Positions 28,790 through 37,563 of a DNA stretch of 64,000 nucleotides are shown here, in pieces. The stretch's first letter is position 1. Each line of letters starts with the position of its first letter. The notes under the pieces are model-generated. The model had not been told where the DNA came from. It did no database searches and was given only the letters and a program-made list of their open reading frames with translations. Both the position numbers and the translations under genes were made by a program. The DNA lies in the NCBI GenBank assembly GCA_037478935.1, contig JBBFLR010000006.1:2865-66864 (forward strand). Reading direction: 5' to 3'. This DNA comes from Candidatus Methanosuratincola sp. (lineage in GTDB: Archaea > Thermoproteota > Methanomethylicia > Methanomethylicales > Methanomethylicaceae).

Positions 28790-29389
28790 TCAGAATTCCT
28801 TCCTCATCGGCGGCTTGGTGAAGATGTAATACTTGTCTTCGTTCATTATCTCCTGCATGATCCTCTTCACGACCGTCTTCTTTGGATCCGGTAGGCGTGT
28901 CCTGCTCTGGATGTCGTCGAAGCTCGCAAAGGGGCCCTTCTTCCTCTCCTCGAGGATCTGCCACATCGCCTTCTTGCCTATCCCTGGGAGGAGCTCCAGC
29001 GAGTGCATTCTTGTGGTGACCGGGCCTGCGTTGTTGAAGAACGAGACGAACCTCTCCATGTTTTTCGTCACAAGCTCCTCTATCACGCTGGGGAGCTCGT
29101 CCTTTGCGTTCTGGGTGAGCTCCTCATAATCGATCCTTCTCTTTACGTGATCGATCTTCTCCCTGCCCCACTTACCTATTGCTATGAGCTCTCTGTGCTG
29201 GAACGATGCCCCCGGAACCGGGATCAGCTCGAGTAGTGTAAAGTACTCCGTCCCCACCGCTTGGACCAGCGGCTCCCTCCTGTAGAGGGGCCTGGTGTCC
29301 CTCGGATGACCGTAGGGTAGATGCTCCAAGACGACCGCGAAGTCTTCGAACTTTCTCGGCTGATCCCTCGGGCTGCTCATTAAACTCAC
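28790..29389 (-). CDS. DUF655-family nucleic-acid-binding protein (OB fold + helix-hairpin-helix)
   Basis: FAVVLEHLPYGHP...LLELIP...FFNNAGPVTTRMHSLELLPGIGKKAMWQILEER. It occupies the conserved archaeal position between rpoF and ksgA. Confidence 0.7.
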   Translation of the reverse strand: MSLMSSPRDQPRKFEDFAVVLEHLPYGHPRDTRPLYRREPLVQAVGTEYFTLLELIPVPGASFQHRELIAIGKWGREKIDHVKRRIDYEELTQNAKDELPSVIEELVTKNMERFVSFFNNAGPVTTRMHSLELLPGIGKKAMWQILEERKKGPFASFDDIQSRTRLPDPKKTVVKRIMQEIMNEDKYYIFTKPPMRKEF

Positions 29390-29442
29390 CGTTTTTACAT
29401 TGCTCTATTTACATTATTAGATGCATTAAAATAGTTATAGAC

Positions 29443-29772
29443 TTACCTGAACATATTGATGATGCTCAGGAGCTTCTCGAGCTCGGAGGGAAGGACTGGT
29501 CTGCTCTCTGCAGAAAATATCGTCCTCAGCTCCTCAACACTCGCGGGCAGGATGTTGACGATCTGCGTCGCGAGCGTTCCTGAAATGCCCTCCTCCTTCA
29601 GCCTAGCCAGCAGCGCGTCTGCCTTATCGACATCGATCTTTGAGAACTTCGAGGCATAGTCATAGGTAAGCTTCTGGAGGTGGCTCAGCTCTCCCTCCTT
29701 CTGCCGCTGTTCAAGCAGCATTTTGACTTTGGGGAGGGTTACCTCTTCTTCCTTCACGATCTCTCTGGGCAT
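29443..29772 (-). CDS. rpoF: DNA-directed RNA polymerase subunit F (Rpb4 homologue)
   Basis: 109 aa. SHLQKLTYDYASKFSKIDVDKADALLARLKEEGI...ATQIVNILP is the typical RpoF pattern. It lies downstream of rpl21e. Confidence 0.8.
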   Translation of the reverse strand: MPREIVKEEEVTLPKVKMLLEQRQKEGELSHLQKLTYDYASKFSKIDVDKADALLARLKEEGISGTLATQIVNILPASVEELRTIFSAESRPVLPSELEKLLSIINMFR

Positions 29773-30069
29773 TTATTGCCCCTCTATTGGCTTTATGTGC
29801 TCTGGCCTTGCAATGATCGTCTTCTCGAACCCGCCCATGTGGACTGCGATCACGTAGGCCCTGCCCCTCTTCTCGACCACAGTGCCGGTCCTTCCGTGGA
29901 ACCTCCTGTGCGGCATCCCCTTGACCGTGGACGGGTCTATCTTTATCACGACCTTCTCGCCCTCAGCGTATTCCCTGAGTATCCTGTTGATGGGGGAGAG
30001 CCCCCTCTCTCTCGGGCCCTTCTTAAGAAGGGTTCTGGTCCTGTTCCTGTAGCCAACCGAATGCCTCAT
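29773..30069 (-). CDS. rpl21e: 50S ribosomal protein L21e
   Basis: MRHSVGYRNRTRTLLKKGPRERG...MPHRRFHGRTGTVV. Confidence 0.93.
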   Translation of the reverse strand: MRHSVGYRNRTRTLLKKGPRERGLSPINRILREYAEGEKVVIKIDPSTVKGMPHRRFHGRTGTVVEKRGRAYVIAVHMGGFEKTIIARPEHIKPIEGQ

Positions 30070-30071
30070 CT

Positions 30072-31394
30072 CTACACACCCTCGTTTACCGCAATCACGT
30101 CGAGCTCAGTGCACCTTGCACCGCAGCCAAGGACCTCCGAGACGCTGGGAGTCGTTCTCCCCCCGTCCCCTGAGATGAGCTCCTTAACGTAGAGCCCGCC
30201 TTGGCAGCGGACCACCAGCTCAAGGTGCCTAGGGTCGATCATCTTGACCGACATCTCATAGACCTTCTTGAGCCTGAGCCTGTCAGCCCGGCGATGCAGC
30301 ACTCTGTTCGGAGTTAATTGATTTATAACACATCCATTAAAGCTTTTCCCCAACGCCCCCGCCTCCTCCTCCCGTATCTCGCGGTCCAGCTCGACGAGGG
30401 CCCTGTAGGTCTTCTCCGCAACCTTGGCACCCTCCTTGAGCCTCCTTACCGTCTTCCTGTCCGAGAGCCTGAGCCCCACAACCTCCACCATCCCGTTCCC
30501 CCCTTTGTTTATCTCAGCCTCGACTGCTTTGAGGTCCAGCTCCCTGAACTTCGGCTCCCTGACCTCGACTACAAAGGGCCTCCCGTTGCCGCTCATTATT
30601 GCATCCACGTCCTCCCTTCCCGCCCCGTGGAACTTTGTCTCCCTCCCTCCTGCTGCCCTGAGGATGGGCCCGGACACAATCTCCTCCACCGATATTGGAT
30701 AGATCTTACCTGTGCCGTGGCAGACCTCGCAGCCCTTCCCCCTGCAGTGGACACAATCCCACTTTGACTGGGGTATGCCCCTTGCTAGCTTCTTGTACCT
30801 GCCAAAAATGAATAGTGGCATCGGGTTGACCCTGACCACATGCCCTGGTATCTCGACCATCACGACCACGTCGGGCTTCGAGAACTCGACCTCCTTACCT
30901 GTCGCCTTTGAGACCAGCTTACCGATCTCCCTGCTGGCCTCCATTTTCATGGACTCCCCGAACTCGATTCCGAACTCAGACTTTACTGCGTCTTCTCGTT
31001 CGGCAAGCTCGCCGGAGACCTTGACGCCAATCAGGAACGTCCTGTAATCGTACCCATCCAGAGCCCTGACGACCTCCGCAGCATAGTCGCCCATCCTCTC
31101 CATGATCCCGCCACAAATGTAGCAGCTCTCCCTTTCAGCCTCCCCAACGAGGTTTGCGGCGGGAGGGTGACCGCCTCTCACTGCAAGGATCCTCAAGGTC
31201 TCTTCCTCGTGTCCCTCCCCCCTCTTGAGCCCCATGTGTGCCTCCATAGTGATCAATAGCTTCACCGCAAACCCCCTCTCCCTGTTTGTAACCCCTCTGC
31301 CCAGTCCGCCGAACTGCCTCCCCAAGCAGCTGTCGCAGAGCGGGTATTTCTGGAGCATCAATCTGGCTTTCTCGATCAAGGGCATGGTCAACAC
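30072..31394 (-). CDS. pus10: tRNA pseudouridine(54/55) synthase Pus10
   Basis: N-terminal zinc module LCDSCLGRQFGGLGRGVTNRERG and CYICGG, a THUMP-like middle region, and a C-terminal catalytic domain (GREDVDAIMSGNGRPFVVEV). Confidence 0.85.
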   Translation of the reverse strand: MLTMPLIEKARLMLQKYPLCDSCLGRQFGGLGRGVTNRERGFAVKLLITMEAHMGLKRGEGHEEETLRILAVRGGHPPAANLVGEAERESCYICGGIMERMGDYAAEVVRALDGYDYRTFLIGVKVSGELAEREDAVKSEFGIEFGESMKMEASREIGKLVSKATGKEVEFSKPDVVVMVEIPGHVVRVNPMPLFIFGRYKKLARGIPQSKWDCVHCRGKGCEVCHGTGKIYPISVEEIVSGPILRAAGGRETKFHGAGREDVDAIMSGNGRPFVVEVREPKFRELDLKAVEAEINKGGNGMVEVVGLRLSDRKTVRRLKEGAKVAEKTYRALVELDREIREEEAGALGKSFNGCVINQLTPNRVLHRRADRLRLKKVYEMSVKMIDPRHLELVVRCQGGLYVKELISGDGGRTTPSVSEVLGCGARCTELDVIAVNEGV

Positions 31395-31451
31395 CGTAGA
31401 ATTCGTGAGTACCTTCCAACGGGCAAGGGGATATAAACCTTGATATCTGCC

Positions 31452-31976
31452 TTACGGTTGCAACCTGTCTATCGCATTGTTAACGATCACCGCAGCCTGA
31501 TCGACGGGCACCTCTCTCGCCCCGAGGCGGAGGGGTTCGAAGCTCAACCCCCTCAGCCTCTCGGCAAACTCCCCCTCTATCCCCCTGCAGCCGAAGACAA
31601 CCGCGATCTCGCCCCTGATCCCATGAGTGCTCCCTCTGCCCTCAAAAAAGTACTTCTTCCCTGGGAGCTTCGGAGCCAGCTCTTCGATCCCAGCCCTCTT
31701 TGCGGTTACCCCTTGAAGTACCCTCGCCTTGCCCCTCTCCTCCCCTTTCCTGAGCCCCGCCCTCAATATCCCCGAAAGTGACTGCTCGTCGGGCCTCACA
31801 TTCCTCATCCCCCATCCTTCAAAACTGACCAGTACCTCGCCGTCAAATAGGATCGCAGCCCAGACGTCCTTTCTGGTTCCGTGAGACAAAAGGAGGGCGC
31901 CTGCGATGAACCTGGTCAACAACCCTCGATGGGAAGAGAGGTCGGTCTTTTTCGCGAGAAGAAGGAAACTCCGCAA
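31452..31976 (-). CDS. trmY: Probable tRNA (pseudouridine54-N1)-methyltransferase TrmY (SPOUT, DUF358)
   Basis: MRSFLLLAKKT...ALLLSHGTRKDV pattern. It is adjacent to pus10, a known functional pairing. Sequence similarity was judged by eye only. Confidence 0.55.
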   Translation of the reverse strand: MRSFLLLAKKTDLSSHRGLLTRFIAGALLLSHGTRKDVWAAILFDGEVLVSFEGWGMRNVRPDEQSLSGILRAGLRKGEERGKARVLQGVTAKRAGIEELAPKLPGKKYFFEGRGSTHGIRGEIAVVFGCRGIEGEFAERLRGLSFEPLRLGAREVPVDQAAVIVNNAIDRLQP

Positions 31977-31986
31977 GCTGATGCCC

Positions 31987-33342
31987 CTAGTACTTCGGGA
32001 TCTGTCCTCCCTTCATTCCTGGGAACCTCTTCTGTTTCGTGACCATCTGCTTGACGAACTTCTTGCTCATCTTGTACTGGTCGAGCAGCTCCCTTATGTC
32101 CTTCGGCGTCGTCCCAGATCCTCTGGCTATCCTCCTCATCCTGGAGCCGTCAATAACATGCGGCTCTTCAAGCTCTTCCTCTGTCATCGACTGCATAATG
32201 ACCATCCACTTCTTCATCCTCTCCTCGGATAGATCCATCGCTTCCTTCGGGAGGCTGAGGCCCATGCCGGGTATTGACTGCAGGATCTTATTCAGCGGGC
32301 CCATCCTCCTTAGTGCCTGCATCTGGTTGTAGAGGTCTTTGAGAGTGAACCTCCCGGAGGCTATCACGCTCATATCCTTTGACATGGACGTGCTCTTCTG
32401 AACCTCCTTGACCTTCTCAACCAGCGCTTCGATGTCGCCCATCCCGAGGAGTCTGCCCACGAACCTCGATGGGATGAACGGCTCGATCTCTTCTATGCCC
32501 TCGCCGGTCCCGATGAACCTTATTGGGGCGCCCGTTGCCGCGACCGCCGAGAGGGCGCCTCCGCCCCTAGCAGAACCGTCGAGCTTGGTCAGGAAGATGG
32601 TCCCTATCTTGGTCGCTTGGTTGAAAGCTTCCGCCTGCTGCATGGCCTGCTGCCCTATGGTCCCGTCCAGGACGAGTATTATTTCGTCCGGCGAGATGCC
32701 CTCGGCAATCTCCCTCATCTCGTTTATTAGATCGCTCTCGTTCTTGTGCCTTCCAGCGGTGTCTACAATTATTAGCTCGATCCCCTTCTCCTTCATCTTC
32801 TGGACGCCATTCTTCGCGATCTCCACGGCATTCGAATTCCCCTTCTCGCCGTAGAACTCTGCGCCAGACCTATCCGCAAGCTGCTTGAGCTGGTCGTAAG
32901 CCCCAGCCCTGAAGTTGTCCGCGCAGACTACCCCAACGGAAAGGCCCTGCTTCTTGTGATACCATGTCAACTTTGAAGCAGTTGTGGTCTTCCCCGAGCC
33001 TTGGATGCCCACAAGCAGCACCACCGTGGACCTCCCCCTTTGGTACTTGGGGAGCTGCGCCTTCTCGCCCCCTAGGAGGCCTGTGAGTTCGTCGTACACG
33101 ACCTTGACCGCAAGCTCTCTCCTCGTGATCCCGGGCGGGAGCTCTTCCTCAAGCACCCTCTTCTCGATCCTCTTTGAGAGCTCTGAAACAAGTTTGACAT
33201 TGACGTCAGACTGTATAAGTGCACGCTGGATGTCCCTGACTAGTTCCTTCACAGCCTTCTCATCGACAATGGGCGCCCTAATGATCTTCTTTATGGCGTT
33301 GCCAAGTGAGCTGCTTAGACCATCCAATACCATCTGGTACAC
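31987..33342 (-). CDS. srp54: Signal recognition particle protein SRP54
   Basis: GTPase motifs [17 protein letters not shown] and TKLDG, plus a Met-rich M domain. Confidence 0.95.
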   Translation of the reverse strand: MYQMVLDGLSSSLGNAIKKIIRAPIVDEKAVKELVRDIQRALIQSDVNVKLVSELSKRIEKRVLEEELPPGITRRELAVKVVYDELTGLLGGEKAQLPKYQRGRSTVVLLVGIQGSGKTTTASKLTWYHKKQGLSVGVVCADNFRAGAYDQLKQLADRSGAEFYGEKGNSNAVEIAKNGVQKMKEKGIELIIVDTAGRHKNESDLINEMREIAEGISPDEIILVLDGTIGQQAMQQAEAFNQATKIGTIFLTKLDGSARGGGALSAVAATGAPIRFIGTGEGIEEIEPFIPSRFVGRLLGMGDIEALVEKVKEVQKSTSMSKDMSVIASGRFTLKDLYNQMQALRRMGPLNKILQSIPGMGLSLPKEAMDLSEERMKKWMVIMQSMTEEELEEPHVIDGSRMRRIARGSGTTPKDIRELLDQYKMSKKFVKQMVTKQKRFPGMKGGQIPKY

Positions 33343-33412
33343 CTTGCTTTACAGGTGATGAATGTATGTGTTTACCTAAAATGCTTTGGGGATTCAAAAA
33401 ATGGAACGGGGC

Positions 33413-33808
33413 TTACTTGACCCTCATTATGTGCTTCTCATTCAGTATGTCCCAGTACTCGACCTCTGCCCCTGGGGCTATCTTCGCCATTATCTCCTCG
33501 TCTTTCGGTTTCTTCACTTCAAACGTCTCATAGCTCTCCAGATCCATAAGCTGGACCGAGTCCGCCATGATCGAGATGACTTGGGCAGCCCTCTTCTCCA
33601 CAATCGGGACATCGACTCTCTGGTCTGCAGGGGCAACGATGTTTCTCTTAATGCCGTCAAAGATCCCGACCGCAACAACTCTGCCTTTCGCTGAGCCGTG
33701 CTTTCCGGTCTTCGATTTTTCCATTGAGACGACCCTGCAAGGGACGCCGTCTATGACCACGAAGCTGCCCTCTTTCAGGGAGCCGATTTCAACAGGTTTC
33801 GTAGACAT
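33413..33808 (-). CDS. eif5a: Translation initiation factor 5A (aIF5A)
   Basis: [13 protein letters not shown] hypusine loop and OB fold. 131 aa. Confidence 0.93.
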   Translation of the reverse strand: MSTKPVEIGSLKEGSFVVIDGVPCRVVSMEKSKTGKHGSAKGRVVAVGIFDGIKRNIVAPADQRVDVPIVEKRAAQVISIMADSVQLMDLESYETFEVKKPKDEEIMAKIAPGAEVEYWDILNEKHIMRVK

Positions 33809-34133
33809 CAGTCTCTACCATCCGCTTGTTTTTGAGTAAATGGAATAAGTAAATAAATCTTATCGTATTCTCAGGCAGGACTTTAAAGGAGGTCCTGGTG
33901 GTTACATACAACAATGCCTACGGTCTTTCGCGGATGGCAAAATAGCTTCCCCAATTAAATCCTTTCTTATGCCATGTTCCGCCGATCATTAGTGCCAAAG
34001 AACCGGTGACTGGTTTTCTAGACCTGAAATCTTTTGCTAATGTGCTAATCGAGTCATTGATTATTTGAAAAATTGAGAAATAATTGTAAAAACTTAATAA
34101 ATATGGACTAGTTATTATGTTTAGGGTAAAATT

Positions 34134-34958
34134 ATGGACAATGATTTGAGAAGGGAGCTTATTTCGAAATCCCCAGTAACCATGGAGTCCCTTAGGAAGC
34201 TGAACATAGGAGCAGGGGCCCTCCACTTGGTGCAGGGAATAATCATGCTGGCTTTGGGCACACTCTTGACATGGGAACGGGATATTTACACCTTTTATCT
34301 CAAGTTTGAAGTGATCCCCTCGAACCCGCCTGTTTTCCAGGTTCTGCCAAACCCTCAGGTCGCCTTCACGATCACCTATCTCGGAGCCATACTGGCATCG
34401 TTCCTTCTGATATCCGCAGCTGCACACATGATCATCGCGTTCGCAAGGACCAGGCAATACGCAGAGTACTTAAAGAGGGGGATGAACCCGTATCGATGGT
34501 ATGAGTATGCATTCTCCAGCTCGATTATGCTAGTGATCTTGGCAACTTTTGTTGGGGTCTGGGAGTTGTGGTCACTTGTCATGATCTTCGTGCTGAACGC
34601 GATGATGATCATGTTCGGCTACCTGATGGAAAAGATCAACCAGTACACAAAGAAGATCGACTGGTCCCCTTATCTTTTGGGCTGCATCTCTGGCTTCACC
34701 CCGTGGGTGGTCGTAGCCGCCTACTTCGTTGCCGCTCTGAATTCGACCGGGACAAGCCCGCCAACATTCGTTTACTTAGCGCTCGTTCTTTATTTCGTGA
34801 TGTTCAACACATTCTCGATCAACATGCTTCTCCAGTACAAGGGGATCGGTAGGTGGAAAGACTACCTTCATGGTGAGCGGGTCTACATTATACTGAGCCT
34901 AGTGGCTAAAACAATACTGGCCTGGCTAGTCTTCATCGGAATATTCGCACCATTCTAA
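34134..34958 (+). CDS. Heliorhodopsin (7-TM retinal protein, inverted topology family)
   Basis: NIGAGALHLVQGIIMLAL, AAAHMIIAF, RWYEYAFSSSIMLVILA (TM3 Glu), NAMMIMFGYLMEK, GCISGFTPWVVV and LQYKGIGRWKDYLHGERVYIILSLVAKTILAW (Schiff-base Lys). From memory these match heliorhodopsin 48C12 closely. Confidence 0.9.
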   Translation: MDNDLRRELISKSPVTMESLRKLNIGAGALHLVQGIIMLALGTLLTWERDIYTFYLKFEVIPSNPPVFQVLPNPQVAFTITYLGAILASFLLISAAAHMIIAFARTRQYAEYLKRGMNPYRWYEYAFSSSIMLVILATFVGVWELWSLVMIFVLNAMMIMFGYLMEKINQYTKKIDWSPYLLGCISGFTPWVVVAAYFVAALNSTGTSPPTFVYLALVLYFVMFNTFSINMLLQYKGIGRWKDYLHGERVYIILSLVAKTILAWLVFIGIFAPF

Positions 34959-34960
34959 AT

Positions 34961-34976
34961 CCCCTTTTTCTTTATC
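34961..34976 (+). terminator. T-rich tract after heliorhodopsin stop
   Basis: CCCCTTTTTCTTTATCC lies immediately after the TAA. Archaeal termination typically uses oligo-T. It is followed by the inverted repeat ACTGGTG-N8-CACCAGT (34990-35011). Confidence 0.35.
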
Positions 34977-35021
34977 CCCCCGATAAGGCACTGGTGCAGC
35001 AATTCACCAGTAAAGTAATTA

Positions 35022-35402
35022 ATGCGGGCATTACTTAAGTTCGTGAGGGGATCCAGATTGCCTACCTCGTTCTCGGTGCAGTCCCCTAGGTGCGACCAGC
35101 GGACTCGGATAGTTGCAGCGAAGGAAGGTTCAACAATCAAAATAATGATCAACACGACCTGCCCGAGAGTGAAAGCTTATGGGGAGGCCCTCGCTGAAAT
35201 CAACATCAAAGACTTAGCCCAGCCTATACTCAAAAACCCGATTTACGTTATAGCCTCCTCGAACCTCGGTCCTGAATGCGTCGTGCCTTGTGCGGTTGTT
35301 TCCGCCGCTTGGACAGAAGCCGGAATGGTCGCTAAGAGTATTCTTAACAGGTTCCCAAGCACCTGCTTCACTTATGAAGGATCCTCTGATAACAGATGGT
35401 AA
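35022..35402 (+). CDS. Small cysteine-containing hypothetical protein
   Basis: Five Cys residues (SPRC, TTCP, PEC, VPC, STC). The pattern C-x3-T-x-I..A....I.I..TTCP...L...L.E.....L....N.IY..AS.....C.VPCAVV.A..TEAGM recalls a family of small uncharacterised proteins from anaerobes. The alternative TTG start at 35058 has a better SD (GAGGGGA) and TATA spacing. Confidence 0.5.
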   Translation: MRALLKFVRGSRLPTSFSVQSPRCDQRTRIVAAKEGSTIKIMINTTCPRVKAYGEALAEINIKDLAQPILKNPIYVIASSNLGPECVVPCAVVSAAWTEAGMVAKSILNRFPSTCFTYEGSSDNRW

Positions 35403-35485
35403 ACCGCTTTTGAGTTTTGTATTGATTGCTGCAAAGAATAATCAATAAATGCACAAGGTAAAATAGGCGCGTTCATAATTAATTA

Positions 35486-35845
35486 ATGGGTGGAAAAATG
35501 GTAGACTTGATCTCTGTTATTATCAACCTCGTCATCAGTGTAATCATTCTATCTCCGGCGCTCTGGCTAGTCGGTAGATGGCTTGTCGGTAAAGACAAGG
35601 CTAAGTTCACCGATGCGATCTGGATTGTAGTCATCGGCACAATTGTGGGCACCATATTCGGCTATTTCAATCTGGGTCTGGTAGGGGCTTTAATTATGCT
35701 GATAATCTGGCTGGCCCTAATCAAGCACTTCTTTGACTGCGGGTGGCTCAAGGCATTGCTGATCGCAATAGTGACAGTCGTTGTCTTCATAATCATCGGC
35801 ATAGTGTTGGCTCTGCTCGGCTTTGCACTTTTAGCTATCATCTAG
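35486..35845 (+). CDS. Small membrane protein (3-4 TM)
   Basis: Strongly hydrophobic 119-aa ORF. The alternative ATG at 35498 is preceded by GGTGGA. A T-rich tract (CCTTTTTTATC) follows the stop. Confidence 0.55.
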   Translation: MGGKMVDLISVIINLVISVIILSPALWLVGRWLVGKDKAKFTDAIWIVVIGTIVGTIFGYFNLGLVGALIMLIIWLALIKHFFDCGWLKALLIAIVTVVVFIIIGIVLALLGFALLAII

Positions 35846-35968
35846 CAAATCCTTTTTTATCATGTCCTTGCAGCCTCTGATGCGAGAGCACTCAATTTAC
35901 GTTCTATTGACGAAATGACTTACTTAGTTCCTTTACATTCCCCTTTCGTAGAAGGCCCCACCGAATCT

Positions 35969-35983
35969 GGAAAAAGAAAAAAT
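35969..35983 (-). terminator. Oligo-T tract downstream of minus-strand operon
   Basis: The minus strand reads CCATTTTTTCTTTTTCC directly after the stop at 35991-35993. Confidence 0.35.
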
Positions 35984-35990
35984 GGTTTTT

Positions 35991-36533
35991 CTATCTGTGG
36001 TGATGCTCTGGTATGCAATACCTGCACCCGTCGTATCCCGCCGCAAGCGCCTCCTCTAGATCGCAGAAATAGACCCTGTTCCTGGTGGCAATCCGGTGTG
36101 CCCACTCGCAATCCTTCTTGTGGACCTCCATGTGTTCGGGTGACCTGTTTGCGACGTAGGGTGCATACGACCCTATGCCTGAAGTTTCGATGTTCGCTGC
36201 GACAATGGCTTCTGGCTCGTCGATGAAGAGCTTAGTGAATGTCGCCTTGACTTTCACCGCGGTTCCTGGTATGCTCTCCTCAATGACCGCCGGGAAGAGC
36301 ACGATCGGCGGCAGGTTCTCGACTATCCTGTCTATCAACCAGTTGACAAAATAGTTCAGGAGGAACTCGGGTATCTCCCAGTTGAGCGGTATCGAGAGGT
36401 CCAAGTCAAGTATGTCGACGACTAGCTGGTTCTTCTCGTCCAAGTAGACCCTTGCAGACGCCGAGTCGATATTGATGACCAGGTTGTTGACGGACAGGCT
36501 GAATATCTCCCCAGTATACGTCTCTGTCGACAT
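35991..36533 (-). CDS. C-terminal part of a large unknown protein; ends in an Ada-like zinc-binding module
   Basis: A beta-rich segment (EIFSLSVNNLVINIDSASARVYLDEKNQLVVDILDLDLS) is followed by HKKDCEWAHRIATRNRVYFCDLEEALAAGYDGCRYCIPE. That second segment matches the H-x3-C...NRV.F....A..AGY..C..C pattern of Ada-type metal-binding domains. It overlaps the upstream ORF in a different frame (see the frameshift finding). Confidence 0.5.
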   Translation of the reverse strand: MSTETYTGEIFSLSVNNLVINIDSASARVYLDEKNQLVVDILDLDLSIPLNWEIPEFLLNYFVNWLIDRIVENLPPIVLFPAVIEESIPGTAVKVKATFTKLFIDEPEAIVAANIETSGIGSYAPYVANRSPEHMEVHKKDCEWAHRIATRNRVYFCDLEEALAAGYDGCRYCIPEHHHR

Positions 36534-37563
36534 CCCAAAGCCCCCAGAAAAGCGACGTTGTAGTCTGTATCCTGACGTATGCTCTCATCCAAGCATCGAT
36601 CGAGACGCTCCCTGCGATCTCCACAACGTTGCCAGGCTTCATGTCGAAGTCGAACTTGCTGAACTTTATTGTGGCCCCGAACTCCGCCCAGACCCGTTTT
36701 ATGTCAATCTCGGTGCTCACCAGCCCTAGAGTGCAGGCAGCCACCACCCAGTCCGCGAGCTCGTCCAGCCATTCAACAATTGTCGGCATTTCAAAATCGT
36801 GGCTGCCGGTCTGCGTGATCGACTTCGGATGCGTCGTCCTGTCCCACCAGAAGTCATATACCCTGTGCATCGCTCCCTCGTTGACGCCGATCCCGATGTG
36901 GCTTCCATCCGTGAAGTCAGAGACTGAGTTGATGTCGCCGCCGTTGTATCCAAGCAAGTTGACCGCTACGCAGATTGTCGACGGATTCAGGACACGGAAA
37001 TTCCCCAGCCCGACAGTGAGCTTGTTCTCGTCCCCTGCTGGCATATTCGGGAGCTCTGTGGCGAATAGAACTGGGCTCAGTTCCAATGTTGTAAGATCCT
37101 CGGTCAAGTACTCGTGCATCGCGATCGTCATTATCTCGTTCAGCCTGGCTATCACATTGGTTGGGAGGTGGTAAGCGTCGTTCAGCTCGACGTCGTCAAT
37201 GCTCGCGCTCACCAGGTCGATCTTCAGCCTGCGGGTTGATTGATCGAATGACGGGGAGACCCCAACCGTGAACTCGACCTCGATCTCAAACTCTATCCCC
37301 CCCAGTACAGTGAACTTTGCCTGCCCCCTCACATTCATCCGCAGGTGGAGGTCTGCCGTGGCCTCGATCGTCGGTGGCTTCGAAAGGGAGACTTCGTACC
37401 CTATCACTGTGAACTCCTTCAGGCTATCTGGCACATTTGGTATAGGGAGCGTGTAAGTCCCCTTGAGCACAGGGAATGCGCCTATGCAATGCCCGATCTT
37501 CATGAACTTGTTCAGTAGCTCTTCCCTAGCTTCCAAGACGACGTCGTACCCTCCTGTCTGCAT
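36406..37563 (-). CDS. N-terminal part of a large unknown beta-rich protein (frame changes near 36541)
   Basis: ATG at 37563 (MQTGGYDVVLEAREELL) overlaps the upstream stop as TGATG. The sequence is protein-like up to ...RIQTTTSLFW. The last roughly 45 codons (DVDRDVYWGDIQPVRQQPGHQYRLGVCKGLLGREEPASRRHT) look non-coding. Confidence 0.55.
   Translation of the reverse strand: MQTGGYDVVLEAREELLNKFMKIGHCIGAFPVLKGTYTLPIPNVPDSLKEFTVIGYEVSLSKPPTIEATADLHLRMNVRGQAKFTVLGGIEFEIEVEFTVGVSPSFDQSTRRLKIDLVSASIDDVELNDAYHLPTNVIARLNEIMTIAMHEYLTEDLTTLELSPVLFATELPNMPAGDENKLTVGLGNFRVLNPSTICVAVNLLGYNGGDINSVSDFTDGSHIGIGVNEGAMHRVYDFWWDRTTHPKSITQTGSHDFEMPTIVEWLDELADWVVAACTLGLVSTEIDIKRVWAEFGATIKFSKFDFDMKPGNVVEIAGSVSIDAWMRAYVRIQTTTSLFWGLWDVDRDVYWGDIQPVRQQPGHQYRLGVCKGLLGREEPASRRHT

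Noticed and set aside
33918-34457. 179-aa minus-strand ORF spanning the AT-rich spacer and the heliorhodopsin 5' region
   Set aside because: It overlaps the well-supported heliorhodopsin gene on the opposite strand. Its translation is erratic (many C/Q/H/K) and runs through an obviously intergenic AT-rich promoter region.
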